Virus record (IMG/VR): IMGVR_UViG_3300017528_000566
Source of the DNA: an uncultured virus (IMG/VR IMGVR_UViG_3300017528_000566)
Lineage: Duplodnaviria > Heunggongvirae > Uroviricota > Caudoviricetes
Strand: one strand, 5' to 3'
DNA length: 64,000 nucleotides
Positions 47,571-57,187 of the stretch are shown here, piece by piece. Position numbers and translations under genes: made by a program. Within the stretch, counting starts at the first letter, position 1. Each line of letters opens with the position of its first letter. Under the pieces are notes generated by a model. The model was not told where the DNA came from, searched no databases, and saw only the letters and a program-made list of their open reading frames with translations.

Positions 47571-49841
47571 CTAGAGAGCTTCGCTGACCACCACCTTGGG
47601 CGCGATAGGCTTGGCACCGTTTGAAAGCCCATTCACGATAGCGCTCACGCTGGAGACGCGGATCATGCCGCTTACGATGGTGTCAGCTGCCTTCTCGAGA
47701 TCACTGCGCTCATCCGCTGGAGGATCTTCCAAGAGTCGGATATGGGAGATCATGCCTTGGGCTGCGATCCGCAGGTCCTCACCCTCAAGAAGGATCTGAT
47801 CGGTGTCGTCAGCGCGACAAATCGCAGCCAACTTGCTGCGCTCAACGACCTCTCGGATGATGGCCGGGATCTGTCCAGCCAGCTGCTCTGCTGCTGCTAA
47901 CAGTGCCCCATCGGTTGCGTGATCCAGCAGGCCGTTGGCATAATGCCGCATCAGCCGGATCACGGCGCTCTCATCAGGCGGGTCAACCGGTATCACGACG
48001 TCGAGACGTCCCGGGCGAAGCATCGCCTTATTGATCTTCTCTAGGAAGTTCGTCGTGAGCACCACCATGAGCTCGGCGTGCTTCATGTCGACGCCGTCGA
48101 TGGTGTTCAGAATGTCGTTCATCGCCTGGTCGCGGGCGCTCCCTTCCTTTTGCTCCATCGCCCGATCTATGTCTTCCGCGAAGATCACGGCGGGGGCGTA
48201 GCGGTTCGCAAAGCGCATCGCCCGGTCGAGGTCAGCGACGTCCTTCAGGTAGACGAACGTCCAGCCATTTTGGATGCAAAGCCGGCTCAACAAGGAAGCG
48301 GTGAGCGTCTTTCCGGTGCCGTACTTACCCGCCAACAGGACGCCGCGCTTCAATGGGATCCCGAGCTTGCGGCACCTCGCGGTATGTATGACTGGCGCAA
48401 ACAGATTGGTCTCGATCTGTTCTTGGACGTGGTCGCTCAGGATGAGCTGATCTTGTGGGTCAGCGACATCGATGAACTTCGGCGCGTAGTCCTTCGGATG
48501 GTAGCCGCGCTGTGCGGCCTCTTCGTCGCTTGGGAACGTGACCATAAAAGCCTTGCCCTTGTAGATGGACCCGACTTTGAGCTCCTCGCGGACCTGCGCG
48601 GCGATCTCGTCCATGATGGGCTTGTACTTGCGCTTGATCTTCCCCGTGAGCTGAAAAAAGAGTTGCTTCTCTCTGTAATCAACCCCGGCTTCGATCTTGC
48701 AATCGGGCATCAGAGGGATCGTGAAATGGCCCCACGGCACGTGCTGTACCTGGTTCACCCCTACCTGGACCTCGATCATGTACGGCGGGACCTCTCGATC
48801 GCCGAAGAAGGTCTGTTCAGTAGCGCCGGACTTGATCGCCGACCCAAAGCGCCGCTCAAGCACACGGCGCAATGCCAAAGCCCCGTCGAGCGGGTAAGCA
48901 TCGAAGCCGGCGCTCCATTGAATCTCCTGCTCCTTGCTCCTTTCGTCATTGGTGAGCCACTCGCGCGCTTTGGCGTGACTCATACCCGCTGGCAGGTGGA
49001 TGGTCTCATCCGGACTCTCTGCGATGGTGACGTTCGTGAACTGCAGTGTGGAACTTTGAGGCGTCGTCATCTGTGCTTCTGGCCCTTTCTGGAGGATCTT
49101 GGGAGCCCTGGTTGTTGGTTCTGGAACGATTACGCCGGAGGTGTCTTCGAGTTGCTTCAGGTTCCGGTCATCGACGTGGAACCTAAATCCTTGTTCGCGG
49201 GCGCGAAGCATCGCCTCCCGCAGTGCGCCATCCTTACGATCGATTTGGGGAACGACCGAGCCGTCTTCATACCAGCGGGACACGACGCTTGTGTCGGTCG
49301 CGATAACGAACACAAGCGCCGGTATTGTCGTGCTGTGCTCGGCTGTCGTGCCGCGTTCGGACAAATAGAGCTCAAAACCTTTATGGTCGACCCGAGTGCC
49401 TCCTAAGTAGAGAGCTTGGTCGCGTACCGGGATCCCATGGACCATCTCGGGTAACTCGCTACGCAGAGCAGGCATACGACCCGTTTCGACCCTGGGGTTA
49501 CTCTCGGGGAGTAATCCATCTGCAATCGCTCGCTCTAAGCCAACCTGAATGACATGAAAACTATCACTATCGATGTCCGCGACTCCTTCGGAATAGGCAT
49601 CCCAATTGGTCGAATCGGAGTACTGCCGGAGAGCCAAGATCCTCGCACTTTGCCGATCTTCGTCGCCTTCGTCCCACACAAGGTAGAGATCGAAATCCGC
49701 GTCGGGAGCCAAGAACTGGTACCAGGTTCCTGAATTCCAGCCCTCCGCAGCAAAGTACTCGTGGATATTCCAACGCGGCTGCTCACTAGTCACTCGGCGC
49801 CTCCCCTTTGGTTGGACAGCGACGGCGTTTCTATCATGCAC
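47571..49841 (-). CDS. AAA+ ATPase with long N-terminal extension
   Basis: RGVLLAGKYGTGKT (Walker A), IFAEDID (Walker B), LTTN, MLRPGRLD (SRH); alternative start ATG 49070. Confidence 0.9.
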   Translation of the reverse strand: MHDRNAVAVQPKGRRRVTSEQPRWNIHEYFAAEGWNSGTWYQFLAPDADFDLYLVWDEGDEDRQSARILALRQYSDSTNWDAYSEGVADIDSDSFHVIQVGLERAIADGLLPESNPRVETGRMPALRSELPEMVHGIPVRDQALYLGGTRVDHKGFELYLSERGTTAEHSTTIPALVFVIATDTSVVSRWYEDGSVVPQIDRKDGALREAMLRAREQGFRFHVDDRNLKQLEDTSGVIVPEPTTRAPKILQKGPEAQMTTPQSSTLQFTNVTIAESPDETIHLPAGMSHAKAREWLTNDERSKEQEIQWSAGFDAYPLDGALALRRVLERRFGSAIKSGATEQTFFGDREVPPYMIEVQVGVNQVQHVPWGHFTIPLMPDCKIEAGVDYREKQLFFQLTGKIKRKYKPIMDEIAAQVREELKVGSIYKGKAFMVTFPSDEEAAQRGYHPKDYAPKFIDVADPQDQLILSDHVQEQIETNLFAPVIHTARCRKLGIPLKRGVLLAGKYGTGKTLTASLLSRLCIQNGWTFVYLKDVADLDRAMRFANRYAPAVIFAEDIDRAMEQKEGSARDQAMNDILNTIDGVDMKHAELMVVLTTNFLEKINKAMLRPGRLDVVIPVDPPDESAVIRLMRHYANGLLDHATDGALLAAAEQLAGQIPAIIREVVERSKLAAICRADDTDQILLEGEDLRIAAQGMISHIRLLEDPPADERSDLEKAADTIVSGMIRVSSVSAIVNGLSNGAKPIAPKVVVSEAL

Positions 49842-49928
49842 ATCTGGGGACTACCACAGCGCAATAGACTCGAATTCAAGGTGGCCGTTTCATTCTACCC
49901 AATAGCCCCAGGAGCTAGTCATCGTGAC

Positions 49929-50273
49929 TCATAACTCTCGTGCCGGCAGTTCCCCGATAAGAGTCCAAAGAAGGCGCTTGTTGATGTTGAGGGCCTCCCC
50001 AACACTAAAGATGGCGGCGGCCACGCCATCATAGTTGTCACCACCGCCAGGGGACCCTTCTATGCCGACCGCTTGGCCGGCGAAAATACCAGCACCCGAT
50101 ACTCCCGTCCCGGCCCCTGTGTGTCCATATACAACGGCTCGAGTGCCGTTGACTCGAATCACAAGGAGCTGGGCGGCTGCGTTGCTCTCAGGCGTCTGAA
50201 GCAGGATCGGCCATTCGTCGGTATCTAAGGTTTTAGGCGCGCTCGCGGTGAGGAGTATGCTGATTTTGGGCAT
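49929..50273 (-). CDS. hypothetical protein, paralog of 53483-54007 N-terminus
   Basis: DEWP...AG...F.V.EAL...W..I..LP. Confidence 0.7.
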   Translation of the reverse strand: MPKISILLTASAPKTLDTDEWPILLQTPESNAAAQLLVIRVNGTRAVVYGHTGAGTGVSGAGIFAGQAVGIEGSPGGGDNYDGVAAAIFSVGEALNINKRLLWTLIGELPAREL

Positions 50274-50319
50274 GGAAGGCGAGAGTACACCACTGCTCGC
50301 CTTCCACTAGACCCGGGCA

Positions 50320-50538
50320 CTAGTCACTAATTGCTCTGGCGGCGGCTCTCGCGAACCTCGTGAAGAACTCTTTGGTTTCTTCTTCGGCTTCATCCCATGG
50401 GATGCTTAGAAAGCCGTCATCTATAGCGGCTTGGTACAGGGCTTCCGCTATCTTTGACTCACGCCGCTCACAGTCGTTTTCGCAGACCATGGTTGTGAAC
50501 ACGGGCACCATCTGACCGCTGCAAATAGGGCATTGCAT
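50320..50538 (-). CDS. small zinc-ribbon protein
   Basis: CPICSGQMVPVFTTMVCENDC. Confidence 0.7.
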   Translation of the reverse strand: MQCPICSGQMVPVFTTMVCENDCERRESKIAEALYQAAIDDGFLSIPWDEAEEETKEFFTRFARAAARAISD

Positions 50539-50568
50539 ACCAGTGCCGCGCTACAAACCAAACCGCGC

Positions 50569-50823
50569 TCAAGCACTGCCTCGCTTGACTGCCGTCGAAA
50601 CCCCATCTTGCATGATCTCGATCGTCATCTCGCCGTTGGTGAGCCCCTGCAGGCTGAAGAACTCCGCGGGCTCGATTGCGATCACGATCTCGCCGTCCTC
50701 GGTCACGCCTAAAACCGCGGATTGCGCACCGCCATTCTTAAACGTCTCGAGTAACTTGTGGCCCTCCTCCACTGTAGAGACGGCTATCACGATCGTCCCT
50801 TCGGGGAGCTGCATCTCATCCAT
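50569..50823 (-). CDS. small acidic hypothetical protein
   Basis: 84 aa; AGTGTA 10 nt upstream. Confidence 0.65.
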   Translation of the reverse strand: MDEMQLPEGTIVIAVSTVEEGHKLLETFKNGGAQSAVLGVTEDGEIVIAIEPAEFFSLQGLTNGEMTIEIMQDGVSTAVKRGSA

Positions 50824-50858
50824 GCCAGCCCTCTACACTGGCTGACAAGGGGTCGAGC

Positions 50859-51104
50859 TCACTCGCGGGGATCGCGGTCCTTAAACTTGCCTTGGTTCTC
50901 TGCGATGAACTGGCGGATCGTCTCTGACATGTCTAGCAACTTGAGCCATTGCTCCTTATAGAGCGTGACCGGGAATCGCCCTAGTCCATAGACCGAGAGG
51001 CCGCCCTTTTCTGCCACCTTCAGCTTGATAGCAAGGGTGCTACCTTTCTTTAGCTTCTCGTTCTCTGCACGTAGACGCTTGAGTTCTGCTTCTAGGTCTT
51101 CCAT
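50859..51104 (-). CDS. conserved coiled-coil small protein
   Basis: LRAENEKLK...KVAEKGGLSVYGLGRFPVTLYKEQWLKLLD. Confidence 0.85.
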   Translation of the reverse strand: MEDLEAELKRLRAENEKLKKGSTLAIKLKVAEKGGLSVYGLGRFPVTLYKEQWLKLLDMSETIRQFIAENQGKFKDRDPRE

Positions 51105-51841
51105 AGGAGGTGTGGTAGTACGGGTTAATCATGGCGGCCGATCCGCTCATCCACATGTAATGAGAGCGGTTTATGACCGGGTCGGTGATACTAGTGCAAC
51201 CTATTGTTGCGCGCCAGGAGAGCACAAGAGATCCGAATTCCAAGAAAAAGGAAGTGCTAACTGGGACCGCCGCGGGCCATGTTCCGACTGGCTAGCCAAG
51301 AGCTGAGGTGTGCTTATTTTGCTGTGGCGCTTGAGTTGGGCGCTCTAGTATGCCACGTGTTTTCCAAGCTCTCTAACTCTTGCGGCCGAGCTATCCCCTA
51401 CACACACTCCGCGCATCCCACATGACTCCAAGTGGAACAACCCGGTAATGGCTCTCTTTGCTCTCTACCGTATTTTCCCGGCAGTAGGGCAGATGCGCAT
51501 TTTCATATCCGACATGCGCCCCGACAGACATTCAGTTCAACACCATTGTGTTCTGCCCGCTCTTCCATCGCTCCTTCCGGAGCTGACCGGAGAGCTCGGG
51601 GTTATAGGATTCGTCAAAGAGTTTGAGCGGCGCCGCGACCAGGATGATGAGATCAGCTACTTCACGGTTCATCGGATCCCGGCCACTGGTGACCCGAGCT
51701 CGGCGGACGCGATCTATGCAGTGTGCACCCGCCATGGGCTCAATCCGCGAATCGTGACGCATCATGGGTGCCGTTTGCCAATCCCCGCCGTTGCGGGCGG
51801 GTCATCACACAAAAATGCTCTGACAGATGTGAAGGAAAGCC

Positions 51842-52078
51842 ATGCCAGCACTCAAGCAACCCTCCACGGACGATGATGACCCTAAGAAGCATCGTGAGAC
51901 TTGTCCCGTCTGCTCGACCCTAGGCGTTCGGCGTGACGCCCACCAGTTCTCCGTTCGCGAATTTACCCCGGGCGGCCAGATCGTTGAGTTGACCATTACG
52001 CAAGAGGATGAGCCGCTCGAAGACCAGGACATCACGTGGGCTCTACAGCACGCCGCTTCGCTGTTCAAACAGGAGTGA
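51842..52078 (+). CDS. small hypothetical protein
   Basis: AAGGA SD; CPVC. Confidence 0.55.
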   Translation: MPALKQPSTDDDDPKKHRETCPVCSTLGVRRDAHQFSVREFTPGGQIVELTITQEDEPLEDQDITWALQHAASLFKQE

Positions 52079-52397
52079 CCTGTTGGCGCGACCGCAGGTA
52101 TAGTCGGGCCTCCTCCGCGGAGCAGTTCCGATTGCGAGCGACCTCCCCTATCACGATCTCCTCGTCGATTAACAGCGCTTGTACGCCGCCAAGGCAGCGC
52201 TGGAGCTCGACAAAAGCGAGGCTGATCTCCTGGTAGCCGAGCATCGAGGCGCGCTCGTAGTCCTTTTCCCGGAGCGCCTGCTCAAGCGTGGCGACTTGAT
52301 TCCGCAGCTCATCCGCGGCTGACATTGTACTTGAGGCCTCTTGTTCCATCTCACGTGCAATGGCTGTTGCGGCGTCCACAAAGTCTTGAAGGCTCAT
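52065..52397 (-). CDS. helical hypothetical protein, paralog of 13463-13837
   Basis: ASMLGYQEISLAFVELQRCLG...VARNRNCSAEEA. Confidence 0.75.
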   Translation of the reverse strand: MSLQDFVDAATAIAREMEQEASSTMSAADELRNQVATLEQALREKDYERASMLGYQEISLAFVELQRCLGGVQALLIDEEIVIGEVARNRNCSAEEARLYLRSRQQVTPV

Positions 52398-52406
52398 GCG
52401 CCGAGC

Positions 52407-52425
52407 TACACCTCTCGCTGGTGTA
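52407..52425. promoter_or_regulatory. back-to-back GGTGTA motifs (TACACC-N7-GGTGTA) between divergent genes
   Basis: Motifs lie 9 and 10 nt from ATGs at 52397(-) and 52436(+). Confidence 0.65.
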
Positions 52426-52435
52426 ATTGGTGGCC

Positions 52436-52756
52436 ATGTCCATCATCGTTCGGCAGAAAACCGTCATCACGTTGAGCGAGTTCCTGAGCGCCCATGGCCT
52501 AACCCTTCTGGTTCGAGAGACCGGAGCTTCAACATGGGAAGCCAGCTTCGATCCCGAGGTTCTAGAGGAGACTGGAGAAGAAGATGAGGAAGGGGAAGAA
52601 GTGGTTGCCCCGGTTATGACAGTTGGGGAGTCGACTATAGATGCCATTCGGATGGTGTGCGACGTCTTGAGTGGTCACGAAAACCTCTGCATAGATGAGG
52701 ACGCCCCCCTCGACCTCGACCTGCACTACACGAAGGTGGTGTGCGATCAGGAGTGA
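52436..52756 (+). CDS. acidic hypothetical protein
   Basis: ATG 52436. Confidence 0.7.
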   Translation: MSIIVRQKTVITLSEFLSAHGLTLLVRETGASTWEASFDPEVLEETGEEDEEGEEVVAPVMTVGESTIDAIRMVCDVLSGHENLCIDEDAPLDLDLHYTKVVCDQE

Positions 52757-52989
52757 GCGCCATGCCTAGCGAACACATGGCCAGGCTGCAGCTCCTCTGG
52801 CAGTACTTCCTTGCGGTAGGCGCTACCGACCAATACCTGCATGAGCTGGTCACGCTCGCACAGGACATGGAGTGCGACCGGATCGCATCTCTCCTTGATG
52901 AGATGGTCGCAAAAGTAGACCCGCGTACCGCGAGCCTGTTGGGCGCGTTACGCGACACCTTACGGACCCGCGGGCATAGGCCAGCATAA
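52741..52989 (+). CDS. small hypothetical protein
   Basis: Likely start ATG ~52761 after AGGAG. Confidence 0.55.
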   Translation: MRSGVSAMPSEHMARLQLLWQYFLAVGATDQYLHELVTLAQDMECDRIASLLDEMVAKVDPRTASLLGALRDTLRTRGHRPA

Positions 52990-53001
52990 GGATTTCGTGG
53001 A

Positions 53002-53481
53002 ATGAGCCTTTTCGACCTCGTCAAAGACTCCGAGCTCGCCGAGCGCATTGTAGAGGTTGAGGCACCTTCTGACGCCGATGCACCTGTCGCAGTCCCTGGA
53101 TCGACCCTGCCTGTCGAGATTCAGCGTTTGCGACAGCGTGCTCAAGTGACAGACTCTCGTGCGCCGGCCGCCGCCTCCAACAAGCCACAATCCTCGGACG
53201 CGCTGGTGGAGACATTCCTTCGGGTGTGCTTGGAGGCAGCGGCAGCGGCGGCCGAAGCTCCACAAAACGACGCGCCAGACTTCCGAGATCCCGTGTACCC
53301 CTCGATCGTACGGGTAGTCACTGTCCCGTTGATCGTCGGAGACTGGGATACTGTTGTTGATGGCCGAGAGGCGGCGATAGAGGCGGCCATTGCCCTAACT
53401 CTTCGGGGGTACGCCAGTCCCACGTACAGGTTTCACCGAAATGGTCCCGATTGGTTCCTGATCCTCCAGTTCGGCTACTGA
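53002..53481 (+). CDS. hypothetical protein
   Basis: 159-aa ATG ORF. Confidence 0.65.
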   Translation: MSLFDLVKDSELAERIVEVEAPSDADAPVAVPGSTLPVEIQRLRQRAQVTDSRAPAAASNKPQSSDALVETFLRVCLEAAAAAAEAPQNDAPDFRDPVYPSIVRVVTVPLIVGDWDTVVDGREAAIEAAIALTLRGYASPTYRFHRNGPDWFLILQFGY

Positions 53482-53482
53482 C

Positions 53483-54007
53483 TCACCAGACAGGGTCATC
53501 CTCTGCCAGGGCAACAACGGTGCGCTCCACTGGCTCGAGCGGCAGCTCGGTACCTGTCACAAACTCATACAGGTCTCTAGAGATCCCTAGGCAGCGCACC
53601 ACCTCATGTGGCGCCGCACCGCGAGACAACAGGTCGCGGATGGGAGCCTCAAAGATCTCAACATCACTGATCTTGACCCCGCAGTCAGTGAACGTTGGGA
53701 GCTGCTCAATGAATGGCCAAACATCTTGAGACGGCACTCCTAGTGCCTCCGCCACGTTGAACAGCTCCTCCGAGACACTCTTGTAGAGCCCGGCTTCTGC
53801 GTAGCTCCTTAGCGCCCCTCGACCGGCGTACCGGACAACGTCCCCCTGCACAACCTTGGCGTTTACGTAGGCCGCTTGCTGCTTTTCGTTCATCCGTACC
53901 TCTACAGAGAAGCCTAGAGATGGCAGGTCGTAGTGATGCTTGACCGGCCACTCATCTCCGTTGAGGGTTAGGATGTGCTCCGTCATTCGGAGTTGAATGA
54001 GCTTCAT
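53483..54007 (-). CDS. DEWP-family protein with C-terminal HTH-like segment
   Basis: Similar to 49929-50273; C-terminal APHEVVRCLGISRDLY. Confidence 0.7.
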   Translation of the reverse strand: MKLIQLRMTEHILTLNGDEWPVKHHYDLPSLGFSVEVRMNEKQQAAYVNAKVVQGDVVRYAGRGALRSYAEAGLYKSVSEELFNVAEALGVPSQDVWPFIEQLPTFTDCGVKISDVEIFEAPIRDLLSRGAAPHEVVRCLGISRDLYEFVTGTELPLEPVERTVVALAEDDPVW

Positions 54008-54089
54008 GTGGCTCGACAATACCCGAGAAGTTCGCTTCATCGCGACGGCCCTAGACAGCCAGCCAACAGAGGCCACTTGTGGTTGCACC

Positions 54090-54290
54090 CTAGCAATGCA
54101 CGGCGACTTCTACGAGCAGGCATAACATCGCGAATAAGAGCATCTGTCGCGAGGCATGCTTCGCAGTCGAACCCGCCTGGGGGTCCTCGGTCCGCGGAGT
54201 GAGCGCCGCTACTATCGATAGCACTACCCCACCGACGGAGGCTACGAGGGCACAAAATACGAGAGCTGCGTCTAGCCGAGCCAGGTTCAT
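54090..54290 (-). CDS. small 2-TM protein
   Basis: ATG 54290 with GGTGTA 9 nt upstream. Confidence 0.6.
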   Translation of the reverse strand: MNLARLDAALVFCALVASVGGVVLSIVAALTPRTEDPQAGSTAKHASRQMLLFAMLCLLVEVAVHC

Positions 54291-54353
54291 GCGATCAAAT
54301 ACACCGAAACTAAATCTCCACACTTCGGTCGGCTCTCCGGTGTACTAGTGAAC

Positions 54354-54944
54354 ATGAACTGCGAACGATGCAACCGAGCCATGACCCCGCTCTTTCTGAG
54401 CTGGGTCTGCGACTTTTGTGACAAGGCATTGCCACAGCCGTCAGGTGGCGACGCTCTCCCCGTCAAGGATGTCGATAAGCCTGACGGGTACCCAACCGGC
54501 TTCAAGGCCTTGGATCGCATCACAAGCACCGCCGGCTACCCGATCGGAGCCATCACCGAGCTATTTGGCAATGACACGGCTCTGCTCGACAAGTGCTGGG
54601 AGAAGCTCCCTTGTCGGATGGGGGTCGACCTGGATTGGCGAACCGAGGACCTGCTGACTCAAGTAGGCCACATGTTGGCGACTATCCCGATGGTCGGGAT
54701 CAAAGTCTACGGCGGCGACGGGAAGCGATACGCTGATTTCGCGACCGGGCTGAATGACCTCATGCTGCAAAGCAAGTCAGGGGTAGTGCTATTCAACGAG
54801 GCCGTTCGGACCTCCCCGCTCTGCAGCGTTGCCCCTCGGGCAGTCAAGGTCCTTGCGTCGCTTCGTATCCGCCTCATGCAGGGGTATGCCGTGGTAGTTA
54901 AGAGCCGATGGGGTGACGATTGCTTGATGTGCCGGTTGCCTTGA
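54354..54944 (+). CDS. zinc ribbon fused to truncated RecA-like domain lacking Walker A
   Basis: YPTGFKALDRITSTAGYPIGAITELFG, VVLFNE, AVKVLASLRIRL, VVKSR mirror RecA motifs; no GKT. Confidence 0.7.
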   Translation: MNCERCNRAMTPLFLSWVCDFCDKALPQPSGGDALPVKDVDKPDGYPTGFKALDRITSTAGYPIGAITELFGNDTALLDKCWEKLPCRMGVDLDWRTEDLLTQVGHMLATIPMVGIKVYGGDGKRYADFATGLNDLMLQSKSGVVLFNEAVRTSPLCSVAPRAVKVLASLRIRLMQGYAVVVKSRWGDDCLMCRLP

Positions 54945-54974
54945 AGTTTAGCGACCGCGAAGCGTATTGAGCCC

Positions 54975-55169
54975 ATGCACAAGACGTTCAAGGCTGCGGT
55001 CCGGGTCACAGACTACAAGCTCATCGCGCAATGTGTGCGTGAGTACACGACCGCGGGGAAGCTCACAGAGCGGGAGATCTTCCGCCTCGCTCTGGCGGCG
55101 GAACCCGAGCTCGCATTCGACACGTGGTCCGACATCGTCAAGACTGCGATTGAGCGGCACCCGTCGTGA
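54975..55169 (+). CDS. small hypothetical protein
   Basis: Behind TTGAAG-N17-GTATTG motif at 54941. Confidence 0.65.
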   Translation: MHKTFKAAVRVTDYKLIAQCVREYTTAGKLTEREIFRLALAAEPELAFDTWSDIVKTAIERHPS

Positions 55170-55257
55170 TCCACTCTCTGTGACGGGGCTGGCTTGAGTG
55201 GCTGGCCCCTGTCGCAGAGCGACTTGAAGTTCTACTTAGCTGGACTGTATTGAAGCC

Positions 55258-55425
55258 ATGCTCAAGGATCTCAACAGGGCCGTCAAAGCGCAGCGCCTTG
55301 CCGGAATTGATATCTGGGAGTCTCGGCACGTGGTCGGCGGTCGAGAGAGGCGTCGCGATGCGAAGCGTTCCAACAAGCGCGCCCGTCGCCGGCTCGACAA
55401 AGCCCTGATCCGCGAGGCCTGCTAA
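55258..55425 (+). CDS. 55-aa Arg-rich small protein (not in ORF track)
   Basis: MLKDLNRAVKAQRLAGIDIWESRHVVGGRERRRDAKRSNKRARRRLDKALIREAC*; TTGAAG-N17-GTATTG at 55224. Confidence 0.6.
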   Translation: MLKDLNRAVKAQRLAGIDIWESRHVVGGRERRRDAKRSNKRARRRLDKALIREAC

Positions 55426-55465
55426 GCGGGGCAATAAGTGTGCCGACGGTGGCCTATGGCGACCG

Positions 55466-55729
55466 TTGGTGGTAGAATGTAGGGTGAGCGATCACCCAAG
55501 GAGCACCCTGGTGTCTGAAGTGAAGCACGAGAATGTTCGCATAACCGAGTGCCGCGCCTGCAATGGCTATTATCGCTTGCCGGATGAGCCGGGTTTATCC
55601 TGTAGGTACTGCAACGGCGATGGGTACACGCGCGAAAGGGTGGCACGTGCATTGACCGCTGATGAACAGGCATACATCCAAAGATTGATCAAAGACGGCG
55701 AGCTCGAGGCCGATTGGAACGAGGTTTGA
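55466..55729 (+). CDS. DnaJ-type zinc-finger small protein
   Basis: CRACNG...CRYCNGDG; start uncertain. Confidence 0.6.
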   Translation: MVVECRVSDHPRSTLVSEVKHENVRITECRACNGYYRLPDEPGLSCRYCNGDGYTRERVARALTADEQAYIQRLIKDGELEADWNEV

Positions 55730-55735
55730 TTAGGT

Positions 55736-56134
55736 ATGAAAGCAAAAAAAGTCTTCACGTTCACCGACTACGATGAAGATGGCGACGAGATCGAAGTCGA
55801 GATGGAGCTCCCCATCAAGATGGAGCTCTGCAACGACTGTGAGGGCTTCGGGACCGTGTTGAACGCCTCGATGCGGCACCACGCGTATACACAAGAAGAA
55901 TTCAACGAGTTCTCCGCTGAAGATCGCGAAGCGTACTTCACTCCAGGCAGCCACTATCACGAGCAGTGCCCGACCTGTGCCGGGAAAAACGTAGTCGCGG
56001 TCGTGCACGAGCCCAGTCTTACGAAGGAGCAAAAGGCCTTCTTCAAGAAGCTGCAGGATCGGGAGGAGGCTGAGGCAAGGGACAACGCAGACGACGCCTT
56101 CACTCGCCGCATGGAATCTGGCGGGTACGGGTGA
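55736..56134 (+). CDS. phage-type zinc-finger protein
   Basis: CNDCEGFG...YHEQCPTCAGK. Confidence 0.75.
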   Translation: MKAKKVFTFTDYDEDGDEIEVEMELPIKMELCNDCEGFGTVLNASMRHHAYTQEEFNEFSAEDREAYFTPGSHYHEQCPTCAGKNVVAVVHEPSLTKEQKAFFKKLQDREEAEARDNADDAFTRRMESGGYG

Positions 56135-56379
56135 AACGGCGAGCGAAACAGAAGTTCCTGCAAGGTAAACCCGCAGCCGAGGCGATGACGGGTCGGACCA
56201 TCGTGCGCGCCGATCTCCATGCCTGGGATGACTCGGAGGTGCTGGATAATCCGGCTATGGCGCGGACATGTCACACCTTGGTTCTGCACCTCGACAACGG
56301 GGCACGCGTGGAATTTCTGGTTGAAGAGAATGAGCTCATGGCGTCTGGGGTGTCGCCGATCTACTGCCCGAATGGTTGA
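56131..56379 (+). CDS. hypothetical protein
   Basis: GTGA-coupled 82 aa. Confidence 0.6.
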   Translation: MKRRAKQKFLQGKPAAEAMTGRTIVRADLHAWDDSEVLDNPAMARTCHTLVLHLDNGARVEFLVEENELMASGVSPIYCPNG

Positions 56380-56600
56380 TTACCCCCGGCGTGCGGCAGT
56401 CGCAGGATGCGGCTGCCCGCCTGAAGTTTCGGCCCCCTCGATTGTCTGGGAAGCATGGGCGACTACGACCAAGAGATGCGCGCCCAGCTAGCGGCGGCCA
56501 AGATCGTGGGCGACCGGAGAACAGCCGCCCTGATGCTTTCAGCCCTGCGGGGACGTAACCGGGGCGACCGTCGCGAAGCGGAAGCCATCTGCCGTGCTAA

Positions 56601-56873
56601 ATGGAGGGCCGACGAGTCATGAAATTTGTTCTGACGCTGAAGCACTTCGACCAGGCGCAAATCCGTACGTTCGTTCGCGAGGTGCGTGAGAAGTGGGGGC
56701 AGATGTGGGATCTGTGCGGTCCCGAAGTGCGAAAAGCGTTCATCGACCAGTATGTTGTAACGCTTGTGTTGACTCTTGGTGGACATAATGTGGACAAGGC
56801 CGTGCTGCGCGAGGCGCGAAACGCGATGATGCTTGAGGCTGGGCTTGTCGAGCCTTTCGATGGTGGGGGGTGA
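56601..56873 (+). CDS. hypothetical protein
   Basis: 90 aa, coupled to the next ORF. Confidence 0.6.
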   Translation: MEGRRVMKFVLTLKHFDQAQIRTFVREVREKWGQMWDLCGPEVRKAFIDQYVVTLVLTLGGHNVDKAVLREARNAMMLEAGLVEPFDGGG

Positions 56874-57187
56874 CTATGGCGATCCAGAATAGATACCTCC
56901 TGGCGTACCTCGCGGAGCCAACTCCTAAGAAGTGGGCTGAAGTCATGCGTGCGATCTTTCCCTTTGATCCATCGATCGACTACCAGCACGGGACTCTTGT
57001 CACGGTCGGCAACGAGCTTTTCCGGTTGGAGAGCGCCCCGCGGGGGCCTCGCGCCCGCCGCTTCAACCGGGCCGGCAAGCGCTTCATCCGAAACTCTGTG
57101 TCGCTCGCACACTTCAAGATGTACGTTCGGCAAAACCCGCCCAAGAAGGCTGTGCTCAAGACGGTTCCCGAGGTCGAGAATGTCTAA
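56870..57187 (+). CDS. hypothetical protein
   Basis: 105 aa. Confidence 0.6.
   Translation: MTMAIQNRYLLAYLAEPTPKKWAEVMRAIFPFDPSIDYQHGTLVTVGNELFRLESAPRGPRARRFNRAGKRFIRNSVSLAHFKMYVRQNPPKKAVLKTVPEVENV

Noticed and set aside
48078..49406. 442-aa plus-strand ORF
   Set aside because: Antisense shadow of the AAA+ ATPase in GC-rich DNA
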